Part shown: piece after piece, positions 33,069-42,052 of the stretch
Numbering within the stretch: the first letter of the stretch is position 1
Layout of the letters: each line of letters begins with the position of its first letter
IMG/VR virus record: IMGVR_UViG_3300020160_000328
Coordinates: 1-64,000 of that record
DNA length: 64,000 nt
Source of the DNA: a virus
Direction: 5' to 3' (one strand)
Position numbers and translations under genes: made by a program
The notes under the pieces: model-generated
What the model saw: the letters and a program-made list of their open reading frames with translations, nothing else
What the model was told of the DNA's origin: nothing
The model's database searches: none

Positions 33069-33887
33069 TTATTCTATTAGTGTGTTTATAATTTTGTATT
33101 GTTTTGGGTATTCATTTTTTACAATTGTTTCTATATTCTTATACCAAGTGTTATCATTCTTAGCTCCCCATATATGTATTAAACCTTGTTTTTCAATATC
33201 TTGATGATTACAATCCTTAGATAAAAAATAAGGTTCTATGTTTAGTAATTTAGCAGTTGTAGCTCCAAGATATTGTTCAAATATAACACAGTATAAACCA
33301 GGATGTCCTGTACTTAATATTGTTTCTATGTTATTGTCAACTAATTGAAATGCTTCTTCACAATACTTTCTATTGTAATTTAGATCATTACAACTATAAA
33401 TACCAAAGTTAAATGCTTCATCAACTAATCCCCAACTTTCAGGAAGACCTTGACCATACTCACTTAAGTTATTAAATTGACCTCTATAATAACCTTCAAA
33501 CCAATCTCCTCCTTCTATATTCTGAAATCCAATAGGAGCATTTAAAAAGTCTTGTGAAGGTTTTAAAAACATAATAAAATCATTATCTATATGTACAAAA
33601 GGTTTATCTTGTATTTGATATGCTTTTATTTTACCTAATGACCAAAAAGATTTTGGATATTTTTCTAATTCATCAAGGTCTGTTCTAATACTTGTAAAAG
33701 GTAAGTCTAATTCTTTAAAGATTGGTAATGATGCACTATCTGTAACTAATTCAACTTCATCAAAGAATTTGGCAGCTTGATTAACTGCCAAAGTCCATGA
33801 GTATAAATGAAATTTAGGATTTGCCCAATTAGTTGCTTGTACTAAAGCATTACCACTTGTATTCCAAAAACTAAATACTGCTTTCAT
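33069..33887 (-). CDS. Glycosyltransferase-like (DUF6734-like) protein
   Basis: VELVTD, FWSLGKIKAY, PFVHIDND (DxD), IFEQY, IHIWG. Confidence 0.65.
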   Translation of the reverse strand: MKAVFSFWNTSGNALVQATNWANPKFHLYSWTLAVNQAAKFFDEVELVTDSASLPIFKELDLPFTSIRTDLDELEKYPKSFWSLGKIKAYQIQDKPFVHIDNDFIMFLKPSQDFLNAPIGFQNIEGGDWFEGYYRGQFNNLSEYGQGLPESWGLVDEAFNFGIYSCNDLNYNRKYCEEAFQLVDNNIETILSTGHPGLYCVIFEQYLGATTAKLLNIEPYFLSKDCNHQDIEKQGLIHIWGAKNDNTWYKNIETIVKNEYPKQYKIINTLIE

Positions 33888-33890
33888 ATA

Positions 33891-34541
33891 TTAAGGTGTA
33901 AATGTTATACTACCACCTGTACATAAAGTATTATTAGGTGTACTATAAGTTCCTGCTGTAACAACAATTTTACTTATAGCATTAACACTTACTGGGAAAG
34001 GATAGTTACCACTAATTACTGTTGTACCAAAATTTATATAAGGGTTTTGTGCTAATACAGTATTAGCTTGATCAAGAAAAGTAATACTTCCTTGTCCTGC
34101 TGTAATACCTGTTTGTGTAAACTCGAAATAAACTTGACCTTCAAATACAGTAAATTTTACTTGTCCAAAAGTACCACCACAGAAAAATTGGTTACTACTT
34201 TGTGTATTAAATAATCTAGCATTTGCCCATGCTTCTACTAATCCACCATCTATTCCTGCTCCACCAGAACCAGAACCATTTGGATTACTTGAACCACCAG
34301 GAGTTACAATAACTTCTTCACAGCAAGTACAATAACCATCTTCAAATGGACCTATTTGTGTTAATTTAGTTTTAACACCTTTGAAAAGAACAAACTGTTC
34401 TTTTACATTTTTATTTTGTAGTACTGTTACTAAGTTAGCATTAGTACATTTACCATTAAGTTTGAACTTAATTTGTGTTGTAATCAAATCTTCATTACAA
34501 CATATTAATTTTTGTAAGTCTTTTATTTTTATAACATTCAT
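33891..34541 (-). CDS. Hypothetical tail-associated protein with a Gly/Ser linker
   Basis: 216 aa; Cys-rich N-terminus, GS linker, beta-rich C-terminus. Confidence 0.45.
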   Translation of the reverse strand: MNVIKIKDLQKLICCNEDLITTQIKFKLNGKCTNANLVTVLQNKNVKEQFVLFKGVKTKLTQIGPFEDGYCTCCEEVIVTPGGSSNPNGSGSGGAGIDGGLVEAWANARLFNTQSSNQFFCGGTFGQVKFTVFEGQVYFEFTQTGITAGQGSITFLDQANTVLAQNPYINFGTTVISGNYPFPVSVNAISKIVVTAGTYSTPNNTLCTGGSITFTP

Positions 34542-34633
34542 TATTTTATATTTATTTTTAATTGTTAATTTTAACCCATGCCCAAACCTACAATCAAGAG
34601 GTCAGGGCTAATAACAGAGTTACAATGCAGTTA

Positions 34634-34685
34634 CCTAAAATCAAAAGGAGTCTGCTAGTTATGATCTTTCCTAAAATCAAAAGGA
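34634..34685. repeat. 16-bp direct repeat CCTAAAATCAAAAGGA x2
   Basis: Copies at 34634-34649 and 34670-34685, with a partial CCTAAA at 34690. Confidence 0.85.
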
Positions 34686-34697
34686 TTGACCTAAATT

Positions 34698-35756
34698 TTA
34701 TTTACTTCCTATTTTTGTAATATGTCCAAATATATAAGGTTTATATCCTAAAGAATAATCACTTAAATCTGTTTGAAAATTACCTATTTTAGGAGTAATG
34801 TATATTGGTTGTGATAAATCACTAAAAATTCTTTTTTCATATACACCTGTTTCTGAATTATAAGATTCAGGTACACCTGCACTTAATCTAAAAAACAGTA
34901 CAGAATTTCTTTTATAAACTCTATTTGTTTTTGAATTAAATTTAATATCACCTATTTTTTTAACTCTTATAAATCCTTCAGAATTATCTAATATCATAGG
35001 ATAACTTAATAATTCTTCACTTATATTAGCTCTTCTTTTAATTTGGAAGAAATCTCTAACATCAATTTCAACAGTTATGTTTGGATTGTTTAATCTATTT
35101 AATCCACTGCCATTCATGTTATCTCCAAAGGATAAAGCTGTTTCATCTAACAACCATTCAGTTTGTTTAATACCAGGAAAATAATCACTTCCTATTGCTG
35201 TACCACCTGAATAAATAGTATCTACAATATTATTCTTATCATATCCACTATTAGCAGGATGAACAATTGCATTATGGAAATTATCTTTATTTCCTTTACC
35301 TGATATAACTAAATTTGAATTAGCTTGTTGTACACCTATCTTTTTATATGACTTGTTAGACACCATACAAAGTTCAATTCTTTTGTCAGGCAAAGATAAC
35401 CAATTATTAGTATTACTTGCAAATAAATTAAAATAAATATCAAATTGTTCTTTATAATATAATGTTGGAAAAATATAACCTAATAAACTTGTAATGTTAT
35501 TTGTTCTTGTACTTATACTATCTATCTCTTCCCTATTATTTTTTGGATCTATAGGGTCTCTTGGATTTGGTAAAAAAATCTTTCTTTTTGCTATTTGAGG
35601 TGTAGGTAAATATGATATTACTCCATCAATTAAGTCAGGTATTAAATCAATAATATCCTCCATGTTTTGACCTACATCAATTGGAGAGATACTATTTGTT
35701 GCTGTTTTAGTTGTAACAGCATTATGTACATTACTTTTTACTTGTGCTTTTGTCAT
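34698..35756 (-). CDS. Hypothetical tail fibre/receptor-binding-like protein
   Basis: 352 aa; short N-terminal anchor-like segment (TATNSISPIDVG); located in the variable tail region. Confidence 0.4.
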   Translation of the reverse strand: MTKAQVKSNVHNAVTTKTATNSISPIDVGQNMEDIIDLIPDLIDGVISYLPTPQIAKRKIFLPNPRDPIDPKNNREEIDSISTRTNNITSLLGYIFPTLYYKEQFDIYFNLFASNTNNWLSLPDKRIELCMVSNKSYKKIGVQQANSNLVISGKGNKDNFHNAIVHPANSGYDKNNIVDTIYSGGTAIGSDYFPGIKQTEWLLDETALSFGDNMNGSGLNRLNNPNITVEIDVRDFFQIKRRANISEELLSYPMILDNSEGFIRVKKIGDIKFNSKTNRVYKRNSVLFFRLSAGVPESYNSETGVYEKRIFSDLSQPIYITPKIGNFQTDLSDYSLGYKPYIFGHITKIGSK

Positions 35757-36472
35757 TACATAAATGTATTATTAAATTCAAATGTATAGATTCCTTGAGG
35801 TTCTGTGTAAATTGCACTCTTAATACAAGTTTCATTTATACCTAATTTTTTTATACATTGAATTATTTTATTATAATTATATCTTTCTGTAACTACAGAT
35901 AAATTACCATTAAGTTTTAAATCAGTGTAATAGAATACTAAGTAATAGTAAGCTACTAGTTGTTTCATTAATAGTGTATTATCACTACTACCCATTACAG
36001 TTTCATGTAAAAGTATACATTGATTTGAATCTAATATATTACATTTAATACAATCATTAGTAGCTGTTAAATATTGATTATAAACAGCACCATTAATTAT
36101 ATTATATGATAGTAATTTCATTATAGCAGAAAGATAATCTTTTTCTTTTTTATCACAATCATCACATTCAGAACAAGCACAACCACACAATATGTATTCT
36201 ACATCCTCAACAAAAGACTTTAAAAAAGCTGTATATATAGATACATTTATTGTATCAAATAAAGCAGCTTTATCAGTAATAACAATTTTATATAAATCAT
36301 CTTTATTAGGTAGAGTTATATTTAATGTACCATTAGTAAATTGCTCAGGAATAAGAACTTCCCATTGATTTGAACCACAGTAAGTTTGAGTATATACAGT
36401 TACATATATAGCATTAGTGCCAGTTTTTGTAATAGTAAATGTATTATTATTTCTTGTTATTGTATATCCCAT
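35756..36472 (-). CDS. Tail-associated structural protein (Cys-rich)
   Basis: 238 aa; CGCACSECDDC; structural-module context. Confidence 0.5.
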   Translation of the reverse strand: MGYTITRNNNTFTITKTGTNAIYVTVYTQTYCGSNQWEVLIPEQFTNGTLNITLPNKDDLYKIVITDKAALFDTINVSIYTAFLKSFVEDVEYILCGCACSECDDCDKKEKDYLSAIMKLLSYNIINGAVYNQYLTATNDCIKCNILDSNQCILLHETVMGSSDNTLLMKQLVAYYYLVFYYTDLKLNGNLSVVTERYNYNKIIQCIKKLGINETCIKSAIYTEPQGIYTFEFNNTFM

Positions 36473-36487
36473 TTTATTTTAAATATT

Positions 36488-36514
36488 AAAAAAGGGGTTA
36501 TTAAACCCCTTTTT
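36488..36514 (-). terminator. Intrinsic terminator
   Basis: AAAAAGGGGTT-ATT-AAACCCCTTTTT hairpin flanked by A/T runs. Confidence 0.8.
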
Positions 36515-36515
36515 G

Positions 36516-37733
36516 TTATGCTATACCATCTGTAGCAGCTACCTTATTTTCAGTAGGTTCTACAACAGTTGGATTTGTATTAGCTGTTGCTGCATCATCT
36601 GCCAAAGCATCAAAACCTATAGGAGTGATTAATGTATCTAAGACAGTAGCTAAACCATTTCTAGTTACTGTATCAGTAGCAGGAACTGCTATAATACTTG
36701 CTAAGTTTCTTGTGTACTGTAACCATGCACCTTGTGATTCTTGATCATATGTTAATGCAAATTGATCATATTTCTGATTGATATCAGTATTAAATACTCT
36801 ATCATCAGCTACACCATTAAGTGTAGATAATCTATAAGGACTTTCACTGAATCCTTTAGCTTCATATTCTAACTGTTTAATATCATAACCTGAACCTTCT
36901 TCAAAAGCTACTGTTTGTGTAGTAACTAATGTTCCATTACATTTGAATCCTTCAATAGGAGAAGCTATAATAACTGTCTCTCTTGGGAAGAAGTATTTCA
37001 AGTTTAATGAACCTGCAAAGTTAGCTTGTGCTTGATTAACAGTTTCAATCTCTAAATCTGTATAAACAAAGTTAGCTGGATCTGTTTGAGTTGCATTAAA
37101 TGCCATAATAGCAAGTAATTGTGCATCTGTTACAACAGCACCTGCTGCAATAGCAGCTCCACCTGTTTGAGCAGAAGTTAAAGCTGTTCTAGCTAAAGCT
37201 CTTGCTTTTACTAATTTAGTTGGATCATTATTAATATTAATTAATAGTAATCTAGTAATTTCATTTGCATCACCTGAAGGACAAGTAGGTGCACATCCAT
37301 CACAACATCCAGTTACAATACTATAAGTTTTTGTGAACTGATTATAACCTTGACTTCTGTATATTTCTTGATTTCTTAATTCAAGTTTAATACCATACTC
37401 TGTTTCACAGTTTGCTGTGTAATCTTTAAGAACTACTTTCATAGGTCTTGAAGCTGTATGAGGTCTAAAGCTATAAAATTTTATGTTGTTTTTCTGTACT
37501 ATACTTCCTGAAGATTTAGCAACTTCATCAGTAATTCCATCCCCATTTAAGTCTAAACCTACTGCCAAATAGAAGTTTCTAACTCCAGTACCTGTTGTAA
37601 TAGATAGGTTTGTATTAGCATCAAAAACACCAATTTGACCTGGGCTTAAAGCTGTAATCTTACTACCTGCTGGTAATACAGCTTGGTTGTTTTTAGTTAC
37701 TAAAACTTTAAATACGTCATTATTTCTTGCCAT
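36516..37733 (-). CDS. Conserved crAss-like structural protein (auxiliary capsid-like)
   Basis: 405 aa; GQIGVFD; third gene after the MCP, followed by a terminator. Confidence 0.55.
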   Translation of the reverse strand: MARNNDVFKVLVTKNNQAVLPAGSKITALSPGQIGVFDANTNLSITTGTGVRNFYLAVGLDLNGDGITDEVAKSSGSIVQKNNIKFYSFRPHTASRPMKVVLKDYTANCETEYGIKLELRNQEIYRSQGYNQFTKTYSIVTGCCDGCAPTCPSGDANEITRLLLININNDPTKLVKARALARTALTSAQTGGAAIAAGAVVTDAQLLAIMAFNATQTDPANFVYTDLEIETVNQAQANFAGSLNLKYFFPRETVIIASPIEGFKCNGTLVTTQTVAFEEGSGYDIKQLEYEAKGFSESPYRLSTLNGVADDRVFNTDINQKYDQFALTYDQESQGAWLQYTRNLASIIAVPATDTVTRNGLATVLDTLITPIGFDALADDAATANTNPTVVEPTENKVAATDGIA

Positions 37734-37744
37734 AATTTTTAATT

Positions 37745-38464
37745 TTAATTAATTTGGTTTAAATTTATTTTTGCTTGTTTTAGTTGGTAATCTCCTGTTT
37801 GAAGATCCCCACTTGTTATAAGAACAGCTATATCAACAATTTCTCTATGTGTATGTTCAGGAAGTTCACAATCTTGAAACCCAGTTAATACAATACCATC
37901 AGGTAAGGTATATGATTGAGTAGGAAGAAAATCTTGAGCATTGTGCATATAAGCATGTTTCCTTATATAATTTAATTTTAATTGTGTTGGAACAAATGTT
38001 CCATCTGTAAATATTTTAATTCCTCTTTCAAAGAATCTTATGTTTACTTCTTTCCATTCAAAAGAAGATTTATCAAATACACTTAACTCATGTTTATCAT
38101 CATGTTGTCTTAAAATACAAGTTGCTTCTCTTGGAGAACATCCTGTTTTAGTTATAGTTACATTTGAAGATACATAGAACATATAATTAGTAGGTAATGG
38201 TACATAGTATGTAGTAGGTGTTAAAGCTATTGGTACTATTGAGTAATCATTAATTACTAAGGTTCTTATATCATCTATACTTCTTTGTGAAGTTTCAAAT
38301 CCTAAATGATTACTAACTCTTGGCTCTGCTACTGACTTGATAAAAATATCAATAGCTTCATTCATTTTCCAATCAATCTCAGGTACTCTTAAGTTCCTGT
38401 ATTGTTGAGAATCTAGCTTATTTAGTTTTTGTTTAAAGTCATAGTGAAAACCTCTTGAGTTCAT
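37745..38464 (-). CDS. Head-proximal tail ring protein
   Basis: GFETSQRSIDDIRTL and CELPEHTHREIVDIAV motifs. Confidence 0.65.
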   Translation of the reverse strand: MNSRGFHYDFKQKLNKLDSQQYRNLRVPEIDWKMNEAIDIFIKSVAEPRVSNHLGFETSQRSIDDIRTLVINDYSIVPIALTPTTYYVPLPTNYMFYVSSNVTITKTGCSPREATCILRQHDDKHELSVFDKSSFEWKEVNIRFFERGIKIFTDGTFVPTQLKLNYIRKHAYMHNAQDFLPTQSYTLPDGIVLTGFQDCELPEHTHREIVDIAVLITSGDLQTGDYQLKQAKINLNQIN

Positions 38465-38470
38465 ATTCTA

Positions 38471-39265
38471 TTAGTTTATTTTTTCTAAAATCTGAGCTTT
38501 CATAGCTTGATTCTTAGGATCTATAAAGTAGTCAACTGCTGACTCAACATCAAATCCTATTTGATCATCCATGTAGTACACTGCTGTACCCTCTTTTCTT
38601 AGAACATTTTTATATATACCTTCTAATACTAGAGCATGAATTGAAGTTCTAGTTTTATCTCTTTGAATCAAGTTAAGTACTTTTTCTGCACCAGCTTGTT
38701 CAACAGCATCATCTAGTTTTAAATCTACATAATCATCAGATTGATTTCTCACTGATATACCAAGTATGATTTGTACAATTTCAGCTTTTCTAGTTTTAGT
38801 CAATTTAGAACTTTCTAAAATTACTTTTCTTTTTACTGAAGCTTTAGAAGCTTTTAGTTCTATTTCTTCTTGCTCATCATAAATTACATACAAAGCATTT
38901 GGAAATTTACCTTCTTCATATTCTTTCATTGAATTAGCTACTAAATCTGAAGCTTTCATCAACTTGACTTTTATCTCATCTTGTGCTATAGAAGTATTAA
39001 ATATGTTTGTTTTGTATTCTAATTTTACTTGAGCTGCTGGAGAGTTCCAAAATTCATGAGGTTTACCTACCATATAATCAGGTGATAAATTATAACCTGT
39101 TGCTTTTTGTAATCTTTCTCTATCTTCTTCAGATAGACCTGTAGCAAATTGTCCTGTTCTAAGACTAATTAATGCTTCAATTGTTGTAGGTCTGGTAAAG
39201 ACATCTTTACCTTTAACTCCATGCCATCTTTCTCTCTCAATGGGTTTTACTTCTACTATTGCCAT
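38471..39265 (-). CDS. Conserved crAss-like protein immediately downstream of the MCP
   Basis: 264 aa; TGLSEED...EFW motif; conserved gene order. Confidence 0.6.
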   Translation of the reverse strand: MAIVEVKPIERERWHGVKGKDVFTRPTTIEALISLRTGQFATGLSEEDRERLQKATGYNLSPDYMVGKPHEFWNSPAAQVKLEYKTNIFNTSIAQDEIKVKLMKASDLVANSMKEYEEGKFPNALYVIYDEQEEIELKASKASVKRKVILESSKLTKTRKAEIVQIILGISVRNQSDDYVDLKLDDAVEQAGAEKVLNLIQRDKTRTSIHALVLEGIYKNVLRKEGTAVYYMDDQIGFDVESAVDYFIDPKNQAMKAQILEKIN

Positions 39266-39299
39266 TTTTCTTTTTTGTTTAAATTAATATTATTTGCAG

Positions 39300-39323
39300 A
39301 GGGAAAGTTTTTATACTTTCCCT
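39300..39323 (-). terminator. Hairpin after the MCP gene (terminator or 5' stabilising hairpin)
   Basis: AGGGAAAGT-loop-ACTTTCCCT; a TATATTTG -7 element lies at 39334-39341. Confidence 0.55.
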
Positions 39324-39360
39324 ATTTAGACTGCAAATATAAGAAATATTTTTCTATTTA

Positions 39361-40830
39361 TTAGACACCAACATTTCTTTTTAAGATTAACTCTCCACAT
39401 TTTGTAATATCTTCAATATGTACACCACATTGTTTAGATACGTGCATTGAGTAATATTCTCCTGAGTGACTCATTTGTCCACCTTTAGAAGGACCATAAG
39501 GACCAACTAAACCATTAACATAACCAAATTTGTAACCATCTTTTTTAGATACTAACTGTACATTTGAATTACCACCATCACCTGAGAAATCTAAGAAAGT
39601 AAATCTCATAGATTCTACTGGGTATCCTGTAATAGGATCAATCTCAAAGTTGATACTTCTATCATCATATAAAGGATTGTGAACTAATTCTAACTCAGCA
39701 CCATTGTGCATTTTGTATTGTACGAATTGGTAACCTACAGAATAAGCATTTGTATGGTATTCTGATTTAGCTTGTTGTACTGGGTTAAAGTTTTGATTAG
39801 CAATAATCCAACCTCTTTTTTCCATTACATCTTGCATAGCTCTATTGAACAAGATCATTCCATACTCTCCAGTAAATACTTTAATTTTTCTACCTGAACC
39901 TGGTTTAACTCTTGAGTAGAAGATATCTAATAAGAACTCTTCAATCAATTTAGCTGTTAATTCAGAGTAGTAATGTAAGTGAGAATCTTCAAGTTTTTCT
40001 TGAATACCTGAGAATGAATCTACACTTCTACCACTTGAACCTTCAATACTTCTAGCTTTTCTATTGTACCAATAAGCTCTTTCAAGCTCTCTGTACCATT
40101 GTTGCCAGTATTCTACCTCAGCAAATTTAACCCAAGAATCATGATATCCACCTTTTGAATCAGGTACTTTAACAGCTAAAACTTCTTCTGAAGCATAATC
40201 TGTTACTTGATATTTTTTTCTGAATTTACCCATAGAATCTCTTAGAGTCATAGGCATGCTGTATTGTGTAGAACCATCTTCATTTGCACCCTCTTCATAA
40301 GTAGAGTACATTTTAGCCCATTGTTGACCTGCTGCTAAGTACACTGGTGGTACAAAAGCTTGGAAATCATCTGATACCAATCTTACTGTATATACCCATC
40401 CATTACCATGTCTTTCCGGATCTTCCATAATTCTACATTGATATCTTTGTCCTGCTGTACCTGGTGTAATAACATCCCCAGCTACGAACCAATTTTCATC
40501 AAGTTTAATCTTGAATGTAGTTTTACCTTGACCTGGTGTAGTATTAGATGTAGGTTCTACATTCTCAATAGCTACAAGTGGTCTTGTATTAGCACCTTTT
40601 AGTTGCCATTCCCATTCATTTGTTGTAAGAACTTTTTCTGCTCCAGTTCCCCAAGCTATACTAGATAGTGGGTTATCAGAATAATAATTCTGTGCTGAGA
40701 ACAATTGATTCATTTTACCTTCAAATACATGAGGTTTAGCAATCAAAGCAGCTCCCAAGTGATTTAACTCAGTCATGTTAGCATGCCAAGGCATTTGTTT
40801 TGTTTTAAATTTACTTCCTAATGTTGCCAT
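39361..40830 (-). CDS. Major capsid protein (crAss-like)
   Basis: 489 aa; EWEWQL, LVHNPLYDD, IDPITGYPVESMRFTFLDF; follows portal and scaffold. Confidence 0.9.
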   Translation of the reverse strand: MATLGSKFKTKQMPWHANMTELNHLGAALIAKPHVFEGKMNQLFSAQNYYSDNPLSSIAWGTGAEKVLTTNEWEWQLKGANTRPLVAIENVEPTSNTTPGQGKTTFKIKLDENWFVAGDVITPGTAGQRYQCRIMEDPERHGNGWVYTVRLVSDDFQAFVPPVYLAAGQQWAKMYSTYEEGANEDGSTQYSMPMTLRDSMGKFRKKYQVTDYASEEVLAVKVPDSKGGYHDSWVKFAEVEYWQQWYRELERAYWYNRKARSIEGSSGRSVDSFSGIQEKLEDSHLHYYSELTAKLIEEFLLDIFYSRVKPGSGRKIKVFTGEYGMILFNRAMQDVMEKRGWIIANQNFNPVQQAKSEYHTNAYSVGYQFVQYKMHNGAELELVHNPLYDDRSINFEIDPITGYPVESMRFTFLDFSGDGGNSNVQLVSKKDGYKFGYVNGLVGPYGPSKGGQMSHSGEYYSMHVSKQCGVHIEDITKCGELILKRNVGV

Positions 40831-40846
40831 AATTTTTTATTAATAA

Positions 40847-41971
40847 TTAATTAAATAAATCAGATAAGCTTCTTCCTTGTAACGAACTTCCAGAGTTACT
40901 TGGTCTCAAATTCTTTCTCTGTTCTAAATTTGTTTTTACTTCTTTTGTTTTTTTAGTTATTACTTCTTTAGCAAATCCACTCATATCAAAATCACTTTCT
41001 ACAAGTTTAGCTAAAAGAATCATTTTATTAGTATCTTGAAATGTCTCAGCTAATTTCTTTTGGAAACCTGTTACTGATTTAGTATTAGATACTTTGTGTT
41101 CTTTCTTAGTTAAGAAATTAAATACTTTAATTTTATCTTGTGCAGATATTTTTAAACCATTAATTTCTTCTGTTTCATCTAAAGCTTCTTTTAATGTGTC
41201 TTTAAATTCATCTTCAGTTTCTTTTTGTTTTTGTCTATTAATTTCAGCTTGTTTTAAAAGATCTTCTTTTTGTTTCTCAACTTGTTCTTTTACTTTAGCA
41301 TCATATTTCAAAGCCATCTTTTCTTTTTTACCTGACTCAGTTAGATAAGCTAATCTATCTTCAACTTCATCCCTATCCCAACCCTCTTGTAATAGTTGGT
41401 ATCTAATTACTTCATCTTGGTAATCTTCATCAGCAATGTTACCTATAGGTAATTCAGTTACTTTACTAAAAGCTTTAAAAAACTCTTCTGTTGAACCACC
41501 ATCTCTTTTAAATTTAATAAATGCTTGAGCATCTTTATCTAATTCTTCAGTAGCCCATGATTTAAGTCTTTGAGAAACTTCTGTTTCATATTCTTCTTCT
41601 TGAAGTTCAATGAATCTATCTTCATCTATTTCTTCTCCTTCTTCTAATTGTACATGTTTAAAGATACCTGTATCCTTTAAATCTTTGTACATATCTCCAT
41701 AAAAAGAACCTTCATTTTGAGGTGTTTTAGTTTTGTCTTCTAAATCTTCCTCTTCTTCATCACCAAAACTAAACTTATCTTCAGTTTCTTTTTCTTTATC
41801 CTTTTCAGGAGTTTTAGATTTATCCTCTTCAGGTTCCTTATCTTTCTCAGGATCTTTAGCTGGTTCTTTCTTCTCTACTTCTTCAGGTTTTGTAACTCCA
41901 AAGAAATCTTCAGTACTATTTTCCCAATCAAAGTTTAATAAATCATTCTGTGTTTCTAATTCTGTTGCCAT
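40847..41971 (-). CDS. Acidic scaffolding-like protein; start probably 41971 (MATELETQ)
   Basis: E/D/K-rich, between portal and MCP. A TAAATTTG -7 element at 41981-41988 overlaps the ORF-track start, favouring the downstream ATG. Confidence 0.7.
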   Translation of the reverse strand: MATELETQNDLLNFDWENSTEDFFGVTKPEEVEKKEPAKDPEKDKEPEEDKSKTPEKDKEKETEDKFSFGDEEEEDLEDKTKTPQNEGSFYGDMYKDLKDTGIFKHVQLEEGEEIDEDRFIELQEEEYETEVSQRLKSWATEELDKDAQAFIKFKRDGGSTEEFFKAFSKVTELPIGNIADEDYQDEVIRYQLLQEGWDRDEVEDRLAYLTESGKKEKMALKYDAKVKEQVEKQKEDLLKQAEINRQKQKETEDEFKDTLKEALDETEEINGLKISAQDKIKVFNFLTKKEHKVSNTKSVTGFQKKLAETFQDTNKMILLAKLVESDFDMSGFAKEVITKKTKEVKTNLEQRKNLRPSNSGSSLQGRSLSDLFN

Positions 41972-42052
41972 AATATTCTGCAAATTTAAGATTAATTATT
42001 TAATATATTTAAGTTTTAAACTTAACTTTTTTCATTTTGTAGCTAATAGCTA

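Noticed and set aside
34634-34695. Mini-CRISPR array
   Set aside because: Only two 16-bp copies with a 20-nt spacer, too short for CRISPR repeats
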